Source of the DNA: Rhizobiaceae bacterium
GTDB taxonomy: Bacteria > Pseudomonadota > Alphaproteobacteria > Rhizobiales > Rhizobiaceae
Direction of reading: 5' to 3'
DNA: 64,000 nucleotides
Assembly: GCA_028279875.1 (NCBI GenBank)
Contig: JANQMU010000125.1
Coordinates: 15,501-79,500 of the forward strand
Shown here: positions 19,625-29,736 of the stretch, in pieces
Layout: each line of letters begins with the position of its first letter
Numbering within the stretch: the first letter of the stretch is position 1
Made by a program: the position numbers and the translations under genes
Notes under the pieces: model-generated
What the model was told of the DNA's origin: nothing
Database searches by the model: none
The model's input: the letters and a program-made list of their open reading frames with translations, nothing else

Positions 19625-20725
19625 ATGTGGAAAGTCAAAATCATCGGGGCCGGCTCGATCGGCAACCATCTCGCCTATGCCTCGCGGCAGATGGGCTGGA
19701 CCGTGGATATGTGCGATGTCGATGCCGAAGCGCTGCGCCGTACGAAAGAGGACATCTTCCCATCCCGATACGGCGCATGGGATGACACGATCACGCTCTA
19801 CGCGGCCGATGAAGCGCCGCATGAGGGTTACGATCTCGTGGTCGTGGGCACACCGCCCGACAGCCACGTCCCGCTTGCGCACCAGGCCGTCGCCAGCGGC
19901 ACGCGGGCGGTGCTGATCGAAAAACCGGCCTGTCCTCCCGACCTTGCCGGCGCGCAGGCGCTTTTCGATGAAGCCGCCGAGGCCAAATGCCGTGTGTTTG
20001 TCGGGTATAATCACACGGTCAGCAAATCCGCCGCGGAGGTCTCGCGCACCTTGCGGGCCGGAACGCTGGGCGCAATGGAAACGCTCGATGTCGAGTTTCG
20101 CGAATATTGGGGCGGCATCTTCGCGGCCCATCCGTGGCTGGACGGTCCCGCCGACAGCTATCTGGGTTACTGGCAGCGCGGCGGCGGCGCCGCCGGCGAG
20201 CACTCCCATGCCATCAATCTGTGGCAGGCCATGGCCCGGGACGCCGGGGCGGGGCGGGTACGAGAGGTGGCGGCAACGTTGAAATATGTCCGGGACGGTG
20301 CGATCGATTACGATTCCATCTGCGCCGCGCAGTTTCGCACCGAAAATGATCTGGTCGGGCGCGCCGTGCAGGACGTCATCACCAAGCCGACCCGCAAATG
20401 GGCGCGGGCCCAGTGCGAGAGTGGCTTCGTGGAATGGATATGCGACGGCGAAGCCGGACAGGACAGCGTCGTTCTGGCCGACGAAGCCCTGCAAACCGAG
20501 ACCATGCCCTTTCCCAAAACCCGTCCGGATGATTTCCTCGCCGAGGTCGAACACATCCTCGCCGCCGTCGAGGATCCCGCGATAGACTCGCCCCTCGCGC
20601 TGCACTATGGGCTGGACACCATGCTGGTGGTGGCCGCGACACATCTGTCGGCTCAGAACCAGTGTTCTGTTGCAATCGACTATGCCAGGGGATATGTCCC
20701 GGAGGCCCTTGAACTCCTGAAATGA
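19625..20725 (+). CDS. Gfo/Idh/MocA family oxidoreductase
   Basis: IIGAGSIG, GTPPDSH, LIEKP, GGGA..EHSH. Confidence 0.85.
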   Translation: MWKVKIIGAGSIGNHLAYASRQMGWTVDMCDVDAEALRRTKEDIFPSRYGAWDDTITLYAADEAPHEGYDLVVVGTPPDSHVPLAHQAVASGTRAVLIEKPACPPDLAGAQALFDEAAEAKCRVFVGYNHTVSKSAAEVSRTLRAGTLGAMETLDVEFREYWGGIFAAHPWLDGPADSYLGYWQRGGGAAGEHSHAINLWQAMARDAGAGRVREVAATLKYVRDGAIDYDSICAAQFRTENDLVGRAVQDVITKPTRKWARAQCESGFVEWICDGEAGQDSVVLADEALQTETMPFPKTRPDDFLAEVEHILAAVEDPAIDSPLALHYGLDTMLVVAATHLSAQNQCSVAIDYARGYVPEALELLK

Positions 20726-20753
20726 ACGGCCAACCGCGAAGCGATGGTAACGT

Positions 20754-22301
20754 ATGAAAGACTTTGACTTCAACGATCTGTTCGTTCTCGATCTCGCGAA
20801 CAACCACCAGGGTAGCGTCGAGCATGCCCTCAAGATCATCGATGCGTGTGGACAAAGAGCACGGGCTCACGACATCCGCGCAGCTATGAAGTTCCAGTTT
20901 CGCCAGTTGGACACGTTCGTGCATCCGGCCCACAAGAGCGACAGCGACAACAAGCACATTCCGCGGTTTCTGGCGACACGGCTGACGCGCCAGGACTGGG
21001 ACACGCTGCTCGCCGCGGTCAAGGACGCCGGTATGCTGGCCATGTGCACGCCATTCGACGAGGAATCGGTCGAGGTGATCCTCGACATGGGCTTCGATAT
21101 CATGAAAGTGGCCAGTTGCTCGGCCAAGGACTGGCCGTTGCTGGAAGCGGTGGCGGGCGCGGCTATGCCGGTCGTCGCCTCGACCGGCGGACTGGAGATT
21201 TCAGACGTCGATAATCTGGTGAGCTTCTTCGATCACCGGGCAGTGCCGCTGGCGTTAATGCATTGCGTGTCGATCTATCCGACGCCCGATGAGGATATGA
21301 ACCTCAACCGGATCGACATTCTGCGCCGCCGCTATCCGAAGATAACCATCGGCTGGTCGACCCATGAAGATCCCGATGAGCAGACCGCCGTGGCGATTGC
21401 CGTGGCGAAGGGCGCCGGCATGTTCGAGCGGCATGTCGGGCTGGTGACGGAGGACATCAAGCTCAACGCCTATTCGTCGACACCCGAGCAGTTGGACCGC
21501 TGGATGACGAGCTACCGCCGGGCCGTGACGCTTTGCGGCCGTGGCAGCGAACACCCCGCCAACCCGGTGGAAGCGAAATCCCTTGCCGATCTTCAGCGCG
21601 GGATCTTCGCCCGCCGGCCGATCAAGCAGGGCGAGACCCTGACGCGGGACGATGTGTATTTTTCAATGCCCCTTGGTGACGGGCAATTGTCGAGCGAACA
21701 CTGGACGGAGGGCCTCGTTGCGGAACAGAGCATCACCAGGGACGGCCCGGCTCTCGATGACCATATCCGCAGGCCGCCGCCCTCCGACATCCAGATCCTC
21801 AAATCCTCGATCCACGAGGTCAAGGCGATGCTCAACGAGGCATCGATCGTTCTGGACAGCGAGTTCAAGATCGAGTTCTCCCATCATCAGGGCATTGCCA
21901 ATTTCCGCAAGGTCGGCGCCCTCATTGTCGACTGCGTCAATCGCGAATACTGCAAGAAGCTGATCGTCGTGTTGCCGGGCCAGAACCATCCGCTGCACTA
22001 CCACAAACGAAAGGAAGAGACCTTTCAGGTTTTGAGTGGTATCTTCGAATGCAAGATCGATGGTCACCGGCGGACGCTGCATCCCGGACAGACGGCTGTC
22101 GTTCAACCCGGCGTGTGGCACAAATTCTGGTCCGATACGGGCTGTATCGTCGAGGAGATCTCGACGACCCATTACAACAATGATTCGGTTTACAACGACC
22201 ACCACATCAACAAGCTGGCGCGTGGCGAGCGCAAGACGGTCGTCAGCCATTGGGGGCGGTTTGAACTGGAGGACAAGACACCCGAAAAGGCGGCCGAATA
22301 A
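20754..22301 (+). CDS. NeuB-family ulosonate synthase with SAF domain fused to C-terminal cupin
   Basis: DLANNHQG, KFQ, TPFD, KVAS, LMHCVSIYP, FERH; C-terminal NREYCKKL..HPLHYHKRKEETF..WHKF..EEIST cupin. Confidence 0.85.
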   Translation: MKDFDFNDLFVLDLANNHQGSVEHALKIIDACGQRARAHDIRAAMKFQFRQLDTFVHPAHKSDSDNKHIPRFLATRLTRQDWDTLLAAVKDAGMLAMCTPFDEESVEVILDMGFDIMKVASCSAKDWPLLEAVAGAAMPVVASTGGLEISDVDNLVSFFDHRAVPLALMHCVSIYPTPDEDMNLNRIDILRRRYPKITIGWSTHEDPDEQTAVAIAVAKGAGMFERHVGLVTEDIKLNAYSSTPEQLDRWMTSYRRAVTLCGRGSEHPANPVEAKSLADLQRGIFARRPIKQGETLTRDDVYFSMPLGDGQLSSEHWTEGLVAEQSITRDGPALDDHIRRPPPSDIQILKSSIHEVKAMLNEASIVLDSEFKIEFSHHQGIANFRKVGALIVDCVNREYCKKLIVVLPGQNHPLHYHKRKEETFQVLSGIFECKIDGHRRTLHPGQTAVVQPGVWHKFWSDTGCIVEEISTTHYNNDSVYNDHHINKLARGERKTVVSHWGRFELEDKTPEKAAE

Positions 22302-22307
22302 GGCAGC

Positions 22308-22964
22308 ATGATCCATGGAGTGATATTCGATTTCGATGGCACTCTGGTCGATTCGAATGCGATCAAACGCGCCTGTTTCTTTGAGGTGGCGCGCCATCTC
22401 CCGGGCTCGGATGGCCTTCTGAACGAGATCCTTGCGGATCCGGAGGCTGGCGACCGTTACGCGGTTTTCGAACAATTCGTTTCACGGCATCCCACCGCCG
22501 GCCGCGGCAGTGCGGACGCCAAGGGGCTGGCGTCCCGCTACACCGCGCTTTGCGAAACGCGTATCGTGCAGGCACCGGAAATTGCGGGCGCAAGCGAAGT
22601 GATCGGCACGCTCAAAAAGGCCGGCCTTTATCTGGCGATCAGTTCCGCTACCCCGCAGACAACGCTACTGCGGATCGTCGCGGCACGCGGCATGTCGGAT
22701 TTCTTTGAAGAGGTTCTGGGGACGCCGGAGGACAAGAGATCTCACATTGAGCAGGTCTTGCATCACACGGGAAGGACCCCATCGAACATCGTCTATGTCG
22801 GCGACAGCGAGATGGACCAGCAGGCCGCGCTGACGACGGATTGTCATTTCATCGGCCTCGGCACAACCATGGAACGCTTTCGATCGCGTCCGCAACATCT
22901 GGTTTCAGATCTGCCCGACATCCTGCCCATCCTTGAGCGAATGGGTGTTGCGCAGTTGCAATAA
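22308..22964 (+). CDS. HAD family phosphatase
   Basis: FDFDGTLVDS motif I, SSAT, YVGDSEMD. Confidence 0.88.
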   Translation: MIHGVIFDFDGTLVDSNAIKRACFFEVARHLPGSDGLLNEILADPEAGDRYAVFEQFVSRHPTAGRGSADAKGLASRYTALCETRIVQAPEIAGASEVIGTLKKAGLYLAISSATPQTTLLRIVAARGMSDFFEEVLGTPEDKRSHIEQVLHHTGRTPSNIVYVGDSEMDQQAALTTDCHFIGLGTTMERFRSRPQHLVSDLPDILPILERMGVAQLQ

Positions 22965-23132
22965 ACCAAGATCAGATTGGATCGTTTGACTGCTAAATCG
23001 GGCCGGCGGATGGTGGATACTTCGGCAGGCCTTGTGTATAGGTGATGCTGTATTTGCGCGATAACAACAGCGTGCAAATGGGGCGAATATCGTCAGTCGA
23101 CATGACACCGCTCGCGGTAGGAAGGCAATGTT

Positions 23133-23846
23133 GTGATCAACGATCTGTCCGTGCTGGCGGTCGTTCCGGCTCGGGGCGGCAGCAAGGGTGTTCCGCTGAA
23201 AAACCTCAGGTCGGTGCAGAATATCCCGATTGTCGAGCTGGCGGGGCGGATCGCCGGTAAAGTCGATTGCATCGACCGCGCCATCGTTTCCACCGACCAT
23301 GATGATATAGCCCGCGCCGCCGTTGCCGGTGGCTTGAGTGATGCCATCCGCCGTCCCGCGGATCTCTCCGGGGATTTCATTTCCGATGTGCAGGTCCTGA
23401 CCCATGCGCTGGTGGCCATGGAGGAACTGGATGACCGGCGGTATGACATCATTGTCATGCTGCAGCCGACATCGCCGCTGCGACAACCGCATCACGTCAC
23501 GGACGCGATCCACAAGCTTGTGTCGGAAAACTATGATGCGGTCTGGACCGTGTCGGAAACCGACAGCAAGAACCATCCCTACAAACAGCTCACCGTCGAC
23601 GATGGCGACCTCGGCCTTTTTGATCCGCGGGGAGCGGATGTCATCGCTCGTCAGCAACTGCAGCCGGTCTATCATCGCAACGGGCTCGCTTATGCGCTGA
23701 CACGTGATTGCCTGCTGAACCAGAAGTCCCTGATGGGACGCAGGACCGGCGCCCTGATCTGCGACGGACATTTTGTCAGTATCGATACCGAATGGGACTT
23801 CAAGCTGGTGGATTTCATCCTGGACAGCGGTGTGTCTGCGGCGTGA
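23133..23846 (+). CDS. Acylneuraminate cytidylyltransferase (NeuA-like)
   Basis: PARGGSKGVPLKN, STD, LQPTSPLR, RQQL, NG..Y, SIDT..D. Confidence 0.9.
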   Translation: MINDLSVLAVVPARGGSKGVPLKNLRSVQNIPIVELAGRIAGKVDCIDRAIVSTDHDDIARAAVAGGLSDAIRRPADLSGDFISDVQVLTHALVAMEELDDRRYDIIVMLQPTSPLRQPHHVTDAIHKLVSENYDAVWTVSETDSKNHPYKQLTVDDGDLGLFDPRGADVIARQQLQPVYHRNGLAYALTRDCLLNQKSLMGRRTGALICDGHFVSIDTEWDFKLVDFILDSGVSAA

Positions 23847-23883
23847 GAATGCCCAGCCCACTCTCCGCCCTTGTGGGGCCGAC

Positions 23884-25836
23884 ATGTGCGGCCTAGCCGG
23901 ATTTCTTTATTCAGGCGACCATGGCGGTGAGCACGCGCTCGCGGTCTGCCGGCAGATGGCGGATTCGCTGGCCCATCGCGGTCCCGATGATTCGGGCACC
24001 TGGCACGATCACGAAGCCGGAATCTACCTGGCGTTCCGGCGGCTGTCCATCATCGATCTGTCGGCGACCGGTCATCAGCCCATGGTTTCGGCCAGCGGGC
24101 GGTACGTACTCATCTATAATGGCGAGATCTACAATCATCGGGACCTGCGTCGCCAATTGGAAGCGCAGACATCACCGGCCTGGCGTGGCACGTCGGACAG
24201 CGAAACGCTGCTTGCGGCCATCGAGGCCTGGGGAACCGACGAAGTCCTGGACCGCTGCAACGGCATGTTTGCCTTCGCGCTCTGGGACAAGGAGCGGCGG
24301 CGGCTGACGCTGGCCCGAGACCGGTTCGGCGAGAAGCCGCTCTACTATGGATGGCAGGGCGGGGTCTTCCTATTCGGCTCGGAACTCAAGGCCCTTCGCA
24401 CGCACCCGGACTTTATTGGTGCCGTGGACCGCGGCTCACTCTGCCTGTACCTCAGGCACAACTGCATTCCCGCTCCGCATACGATCTATCAGAACATCCT
24501 GAAACTGCCGCCCGGCAGCAAGGTGGAAATCGATCACGCGACCGGTGAACCGGTGGTCACCCGCTACTGGTCGCCGGCGGAATACATCCGCGGCGCTCCG
24601 CGGGAACCGTTCGAATACGATCGCGATGATGAGGTGATTGAGCGGTTTTCCAGCCTGCTGGAACAATCGGTGTCGCGGCAGATGATTGCGGACGTGCCGC
24701 TGGGGGCGACGCTGTCGGGTGGAATCGACTCTTCGCTCATCGTGTCCTGCATGCAGTCCCTGTCGGCGCGACCGGTCAACACATTCACGATCGGGTTCGA
24801 CGAAGACGGGTTCAGCGAAGCGAGATATGCGCGCCGCATCGCGGAACATCTCGGCACGAATCACGAAGAACTCCTGGTTCGCCCGAAGGACGCACGCGAC
24901 GTGATCCCGGACCTGCCACGCACCTATGACGAACCGTTTTCGGATTCCTCGCAGATCCCCACCTCCCTGGTATCGCGCCTCGCCCGTCAACATGTCACGG
25001 TGGCCCTGTCGGGCGACGGAGCCGACGAATTGTTTGGCGGTTACAATCGCTACCGGATCTCGGAGCGGCTGTGGCCGAAGATCGGGCGTATCCCGCTGCC
25101 GGTCAGATCAGTGTCGGCGGGCCTGCTGAATATGGTTCCGGCCAGTGCTCTCAATGGCCTTGGCGGCCTGCTGGGAACTATGGATGCCAATGCCTATCGA
25201 TGGGGAAACCTGGCCTATAAGAGCAGCAAGTTCAGCGGCGCCCTGAGCAGCAGGACCATAGATGATTACTATGTGAGTCTCATATCGCATTGGAGTGATC
25301 CCTCGGCGATTGTCATCGGCGGGACCGAGCCATCGCCAGCGGAAATCGCCTCCGGGCATCTGCCCGACCATCTGTCCGACACGGAGCGGATGATGATCCG
25401 GGACATGATCGGCTATCTGCCCGACGATATTCTGACGAAGGTCGATCGGGCCTCGATGGCTGTCTCGCTGGAAATGCGGGCGCCCTATCTTGACCGGCAT
25501 GTCGCTGAATTTGCGCTTCGGTTGCCCTTTGCCTATAAGATTCGCGGGGGGCGCAGCAAATGGATCATGCGTGAAACGCTGAAGCGTTTCGTTCCGGCGC
25601 CGTTGATTGAGCGGCCCAAAATGGGGTTCGCGGTCCCGATCGGCGAGTGGATGCGCGGTCCGCTGTTGGACTGGGCCGAAGACTTGTTGGACGAAAACCG
25701 ACTGAAGCATGAGGGCTTTTTCGATCCGGTTCCGATTCGGCGTAAATGGGCCCAGCATCTTGCCGGTACATCCGACTGGCAATACCATCTGTGGGACGTC
25801 CTGATGTTTCAGGCTTGGCTGGAAAGCCCGGACTGA
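23884..25836 (+). CDS. asnB: Asparagine synthase-like glutamine amidotransferase (glycan amidation)
   Basis: MCGLAG N-terminus, HRGPD, RRLSIIDL, NGEIYN, SGGIDSS, GDGADELFGGY, KMGF. Confidence 0.93.
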   Translation: MCGLAGFLYSGDHGGEHALAVCRQMADSLAHRGPDDSGTWHDHEAGIYLAFRRLSIIDLSATGHQPMVSASGRYVLIYNGEIYNHRDLRRQLEAQTSPAWRGTSDSETLLAAIEAWGTDEVLDRCNGMFAFALWDKERRRLTLARDRFGEKPLYYGWQGGVFLFGSELKALRTHPDFIGAVDRGSLCLYLRHNCIPAPHTIYQNILKLPPGSKVEIDHATGEPVVTRYWSPAEYIRGAPREPFEYDRDDEVIERFSSLLEQSVSRQMIADVPLGATLSGGIDSSLIVSCMQSLSARPVNTFTIGFDEDGFSEARYARRIAEHLGTNHEELLVRPKDARDVIPDLPRTYDEPFSDSSQIPTSLVSRLARQHVTVALSGDGADELFGGYNRYRISERLWPKIGRIPLPVRSVSAGLLNMVPASALNGLGGLLGTMDANAYRWGNLAYKSSKFSGALSSRTIDDYYVSLISHWSDPSAIVIGGTEPSPAEIASGHLPDHLSDTERMMIRDMIGYLPDDILTKVDRASMAVSLEMRAPYLDRHVAEFALRLPFAYKIRGGRSKWIMRETLKRFVPAPLIERPKMGFAVPIGEWMRGPLLDWAEDLLDENRLKHEGFFDPVPIRRKWAQHLAGTSDWQYHLWDVLMFQAWLESPD

Positions 25837-26963
25837 TGCGCAAATCCCTTCTCTTCGTGGTCAACGTTGACTGGTTTTTCGTCTCCCATCGGCTGCCGAT
25901 CGCCATCGAGGCCATGCAGCACGGCTATGAAGTCCATCTGGCGACGCAAATGACCGGACAGGAGGAACGCCTTCGTGAATTGGGAATCATCTGCCACCCG
26001 ATGTCGATCGACCGGGGCTATGGCGGATTCTTGCATATCATGCATTTTTTGTGGTCGTTGTGCGGCCTGTTTCGAAAGACGCGACCGGATATTGTTCATC
26101 TGGTGAGTATCAAGCCGGTGATATTCGGCGGCATCGCAGCGCGGCTGACGGGAACGAAAAATGTCGTTGCCTCGATTTCCGGTCTGGGCTTCGTATTCAT
26201 CGCAAAGGGTCTCATGGCCGGATTGCGGCGCCGGCTGGTGCAGTTGCTGTACAGGCTTTCACTGGGTAATGGCAAAGCGACGATCATTGTTCAGAACACA
26301 TCCGACCGTGACGATTTCAAACGGATGATCGGCAAGCCGGACATGGAAACCATTCTGATCAGGGGGTCCGGCGTCGATCTCGATCAGTATCCGCTGACCC
26401 CCCTGCCCGAAGGCCCGCTTCGGATCGTCATGGCCGCACGGCTGCTTCACGACAAGGGCGTTGTGGAGTATCTGTCCGCTGCACGCATCTTGCGCGACAA
26501 GGGCCTCGACATAACATTCCTGCTGGCGGGCGATGTCGACCCGGCCAATCCGGCCTGTATCAGCCAAAGCGAGCTCACCGCGATGAAAGAGGAGGGCGTG
26601 GTTACGTTTTCGGGACACGTGCAGGACGTCGCATCGCTGATGGCCTCGTGCCATCTCGTCGTGCTGCCGTCCTACCGGGAGGGTTTGTCGAAGGTGCTGA
26701 TCGAAGCGGCGGCGTGCGGCCGGGCCATCGTCACGACCGACGTGCCGGGGTGCCGCGATGCCATTGTGTCGGGTGAAACCGGCCTGCTGGCCGAGCCGCG
26801 TGATGCCGCGTCACTGGCAGCGGCCATCGAACAGGCCACCGGAGACAGGCAAAGGCTGGAAGAGATGGGAAAGGCCGGGCGGCGTTTTGCCGAGGCGACA
26901 TTCGATGTCAGGCAGGTGGTTGCCCGACATCTCGAGATCTATGACGCCCTTTCCACCGGGTGA
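25836..26963 (+). CDS. Glycosyltransferase family 4 (CapM/PglA-like)
   Basis: WFFVSHRL, IKPV, GSGVD, RLLHDKG, LPSYREGL, TTDVPGC; TGATG coupling. Confidence 0.9.
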   Translation: MRKSLLFVVNVDWFFVSHRLPIAIEAMQHGYEVHLATQMTGQEERLRELGIICHPMSIDRGYGGFLHIMHFLWSLCGLFRKTRPDIVHLVSIKPVIFGGIAARLTGTKNVVASISGLGFVFIAKGLMAGLRRRLVQLLYRLSLGNGKATIIVQNTSDRDDFKRMIGKPDMETILIRGSGVDLDQYPLTPLPEGPLRIVMAARLLHDKGVVEYLSAARILRDKGLDITFLLAGDVDPANPACISQSELTAMKEEGVVTFSGHVQDVASLMASCHLVVLPSYREGLSKVLIEAAACGRAIVTTDVPGCRDAIVSGETGLLAEPRDAASLAAAIEQATGDRQRLEEMGKAGRRFAEATFDVRQVVARHLEIYDALSTG

Positions 26964-26984
26964 ATTCGTGCCGGAAAGCGGCGG

Positions 26985-27836
26985 TCAGCGTCCCCAGGCG
27001 TTCCCGACCCTGCGGGATTGCGACATTTTCAGAACCTGGCGGAACACCGCATTGAAAGCCGGCAGCGGCAGGGATTTGTACAGCAGATACCAGAAAAAAT
27101 AGCCCCACAGCGGATAGGTCGACGGGCGGTTGCGCCATTGCCGCCAGGTCTTGAACAAGGCGGGGAATGTGAACAATTCAGGGTTCTTGTTCTGGATCTG
27201 ACGCCACAATGCCGAATGCAGGGCTGATGATCTTTTTTTCAGCATGCCCTGCGAGGAGACCCGGTAGTGCATCAGTGGACGGTGCGTGCTAACCCCGTGG
27301 AAACCCTTCCGGCTCAGTCGAATGTTGAAATCCCAGTCCTCATAACCATCCCGCATGGTCTCGTCATAACCGCCGACCGTCACCCATAATTCCCTGGGCA
27401 GCAGCAGGGCATAGGGCAGTTGGTTGAGGAAAAGCTGTTCGAAAAAATTATAGGATTTGTCGAGTTCGCCGCTCAGTTCGTCCTCGAGCGCCAGGTTGGA
27501 AAAGACAAATGCGGCATCTGGCGTTTCCCGCAGAACCCGCAGTGAGACATCCAGAAATTCGGGCTCGATCCAGTCATCACAGTCGAGCGGCAGGACATAG
27601 CGCCCTTTCGCGGCTGTAAAGCCGGTGTTGCGGGCCCCCGGCAGTCCCCGGTTTTTCTGGTGAATCACCGTGACATCGGAGCCGAGCCTCTCAAGAAGAC
27701 CAAGGGTTTCGGGATGGTCCGAGCCGTCATTGACGACAATGATCTCGACATCCTTTACTGTCTGCCGGTGCACACTGTCCACCGCCTGTTCGAGATAACG
27801 GTGGGCGTTGTAACAGGGCAAGACGACGGTCACCAA
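26985..27836 (-). CDS. Glycosyltransferase family 2
   Basis: VVLPCYN, VNDGS, ARNTG, LDCDD, EDWD. Confidence 0.9.
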   Translation of the reverse strand: MVTVVLPCYNAHRYLEQAVDSVHRQTVKDVEIIVVNDGSDHPETLGLLERLGSDVTVIHQKNRGLPGARNTGFTAAKGRYVLPLDCDDWIEPEFLDVSLRVLRETPDAAFVFSNLALEDELSGELDKSYNFFEQLFLNQLPYALLLPRELWVTVGGYDETMRDGYEDWDFNIRLSRKGFHGVSTHRPLMHYRVSSQGMLKKRSSALHSALWRQIQNKNPELFTFPALFKTWRQWRNRPSTYPLWGYFFWYLLYKSLPLPAFNAVFRQVLKMSQSRRVGNAWGR

Positions 27837-27859
27837 CGGTGATGCTTCAGGGAGATTGT

Positions 27860-28630
27860 CTATGGCGATGGCCTCACCTCAAGGTCTGCCCAGATCTCTC
27901 CCCACGGTGTCAAGAGTTCGCGGATTGTCAGCCCGGCGGCCGTGGTTTCGGCCTTGAATTCCTGCAGGGTGTGTTCGATCTTGTGGTCGGGATCCGAATA
28001 ATAGTAGCTGCCGATTTCCCGGCGCATGGCCATCTGCCAGTCGCGCTCGAAATGCGGCACGCGAATGAGGAACTGGCGTGCGCCGGTGCGCTCGGCGATG
28101 GCTTTCAGGAAACCGATACGGTCATCGATGTGTTCCAGAACATTCGACAGGACGACCGCATCCCAGGGGCCGTCCGGAACCTCCTTCGTCGCATCACCGA
28201 AAACAAAGTTCAGATTGTTCGCATCGTTCATGGACCGGGCTTGTTTCAGGTTTTTCTCATCATAATCGAGACCGACAACCGTTGAACGGGGATGGGCATC
28301 GGCAATGCTCCCGGCCACCGCACCGACACCGCACCCGATATCCAAAACCCTGGCGTCAGGCGCCAGCCGATCGACAAAAAACCGATGATAATTGGTCAAA
28401 CGGTGCTTCGGATGAAATCCATGGCCTAGTACCATGGCGCGCTCATTGACCACGAGGTCCAGGCGGTCACGGATCGTAAAGAGCCGCTTCAACCCGGCTC
28501 CCGGGTCCTTGTCGCGCGATTCCAAAACAAGCAGCCCCATAATGATCCCGCGCCGCCAGGATTGCGGGAAAAGCCGCCAGAGCCATGCCAGGGCGTTTGC
28601 CAGTGCCAGGAGAATTGAGCGGGTGTTCAA
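27860..28630 (-). CDS. Class I SAM-dependent methyltransferase
   Basis: VLDIGCGVG, SNVLEHI. Confidence 0.88.
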   Translation of the reverse strand: MNTRSILLALANALAWLWRLFPQSWRRGIIMGLLVLESRDKDPGAGLKRLFTIRDRLDLVVNERAMVLGHGFHPKHRLTNYHRFFVDRLAPDARVLDIGCGVGAVAGSIADAHPRSTVVGLDYDEKNLKQARSMNDANNLNFVFGDATKEVPDGPWDAVVLSNVLEHIDDRIGFLKAIAERTGARQFLIRVPHFERDWQMAMRREIGSYYYSDPDHKIEHTLQEFKAETTAAGLTIRELLTPWGEIWADLEVRPSP

Positions 28631-29736
28631 GCGCGCTGTTCCAGATGTGTCCGGATGATATTTTCATGGCGGTCAATCCAATTTCTCAAATCGAACGCCT
28701 CTTCCGCCCGCTCGCGCGCAGCAGCCGACATCGCCTCATGGCGGTTCGAGACTTCGATCATCGCTTCTCCCAACTCGGAAATGTCCAATGTGTGACCGGT
28801 TGAAAAATCCTCATCGACGGCAACACCGACACCCGCCGCGGCGGTCACCATTTCAGGGACGCCTCCGCTGGCCAGATACGCCACGGGCAATCCACAGGCC
28901 AGCGCCTCGATGACGGAGTTTGGGCAGGCATCCATATGGGTCGTCGCAAGGTAGGCATGCACTGACTGATAGATAGACGGTGCCGAGGCCTGGGTATATT
29001 CTCCCCGAAAGGTGACGCGTTCGGCAATTCTGCCCCTGCTCACCTCACCCTTTATCTCATGCATAACGCTGCCATCGATCCAACCGGCGATCTCCAGCGC
29101 AAAATCGTTTCCCCTGTCGACGCAATAGGACAGAGCCTGCAACGCCGTGGTCAACCGATACTTCATCTGGGCGCTGAATTTGCCCGTCATGAGAAACCGA
29201 TAGGGCTGCATCGGCAGCGCTTCGCGCCGGATCCGGTAGTGATCGAGATCCGTTGCGTTGAACAAAACCTCCCCGGCGCCTTCGCGTTCGCCCAGAAAGC
29301 GGTCCGCGCAACGGCGGCAAAACGCACTCTGCCAGAAAACATAGTCCGCGCTATGGTAGGAGTGGCTCATGCGCTCGTTTTCCGCGCGCCAGTCTCCGGC
29401 ATACCAGCGCGGGTAGTAGACACCATTTTGATTGTGCACCATGACGACACCGCGGCGTTTTAGGCGGTCAAGTGTGCCACGTGTCAGATATGGTGTATTG
29501 CTCATGGTATAGAGCGTATTGAACCGCCACAAATGCTCCGGGAAACGGGTTTGGAGATGCTGGATTTTAACCAGTGTGCCGCCGACATTCCCGCTTCTGG
29601 CGCCGCCATAGAACACTCTCGGAGCCGACGATCCAAAGGGCTGTTTCGCCGACAGGCTGGCCGCCGCCGCCAGCGCGGCGCGCCAGCCGGTGCGCATTGC
29701 GGGCTTTAGAGGATGATCCCTGTGCACGGATGTCAC
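28627..29736 (-). CDS. Glycosyltransferase family 4
   Basis: QS.FC, DACPNSVIEALACGLPV, GGVPE. Confidence 0.85.
   Translation of the reverse strand: MTSVHRDHPLKPAMRTGWRAALAAAASLSAKQPFGSSAPRVFYGGARSGNVGGTLVKIQHLQTRFPEHLWRFNTLYTMSNTPYLTRGTLDRLKRRGVVMVHNQNGVYYPRWYAGDWRAENERMSHSYHSADYVFWQSAFCRRCADRFLGEREGAGEVLFNATDLDHYRIRREALPMQPYRFLMTGKFSAQMKYRLTTALQALSYCVDRGNDFALEIAGWIDGSVMHEIKGEVSRGRIAERVTFRGEYTQASAPSIYQSVHAYLATTHMDACPNSVIEALACGLPVAYLASGGVPEMVTAAAGVGVAVDEDFSTGHTLDISELGEAMIEVSNRHEAMSAAARERAEEAFDLRNWIDRHENIIRTHLEQRA

Noticed and set aside
23884-25836. asnB as a lasso-peptide cyclase or housekeeping Asn synthesis
   Set aside because: Intact N-terminal Cys glutaminase domain, coupled to a GT4, and no precursor or B protein.
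26970-26982. Small GCCG-GAAAG-CGGC hairpin at the convergent junction
   Set aside because: 4-bp stem with no U-tract; not a supportable terminator.
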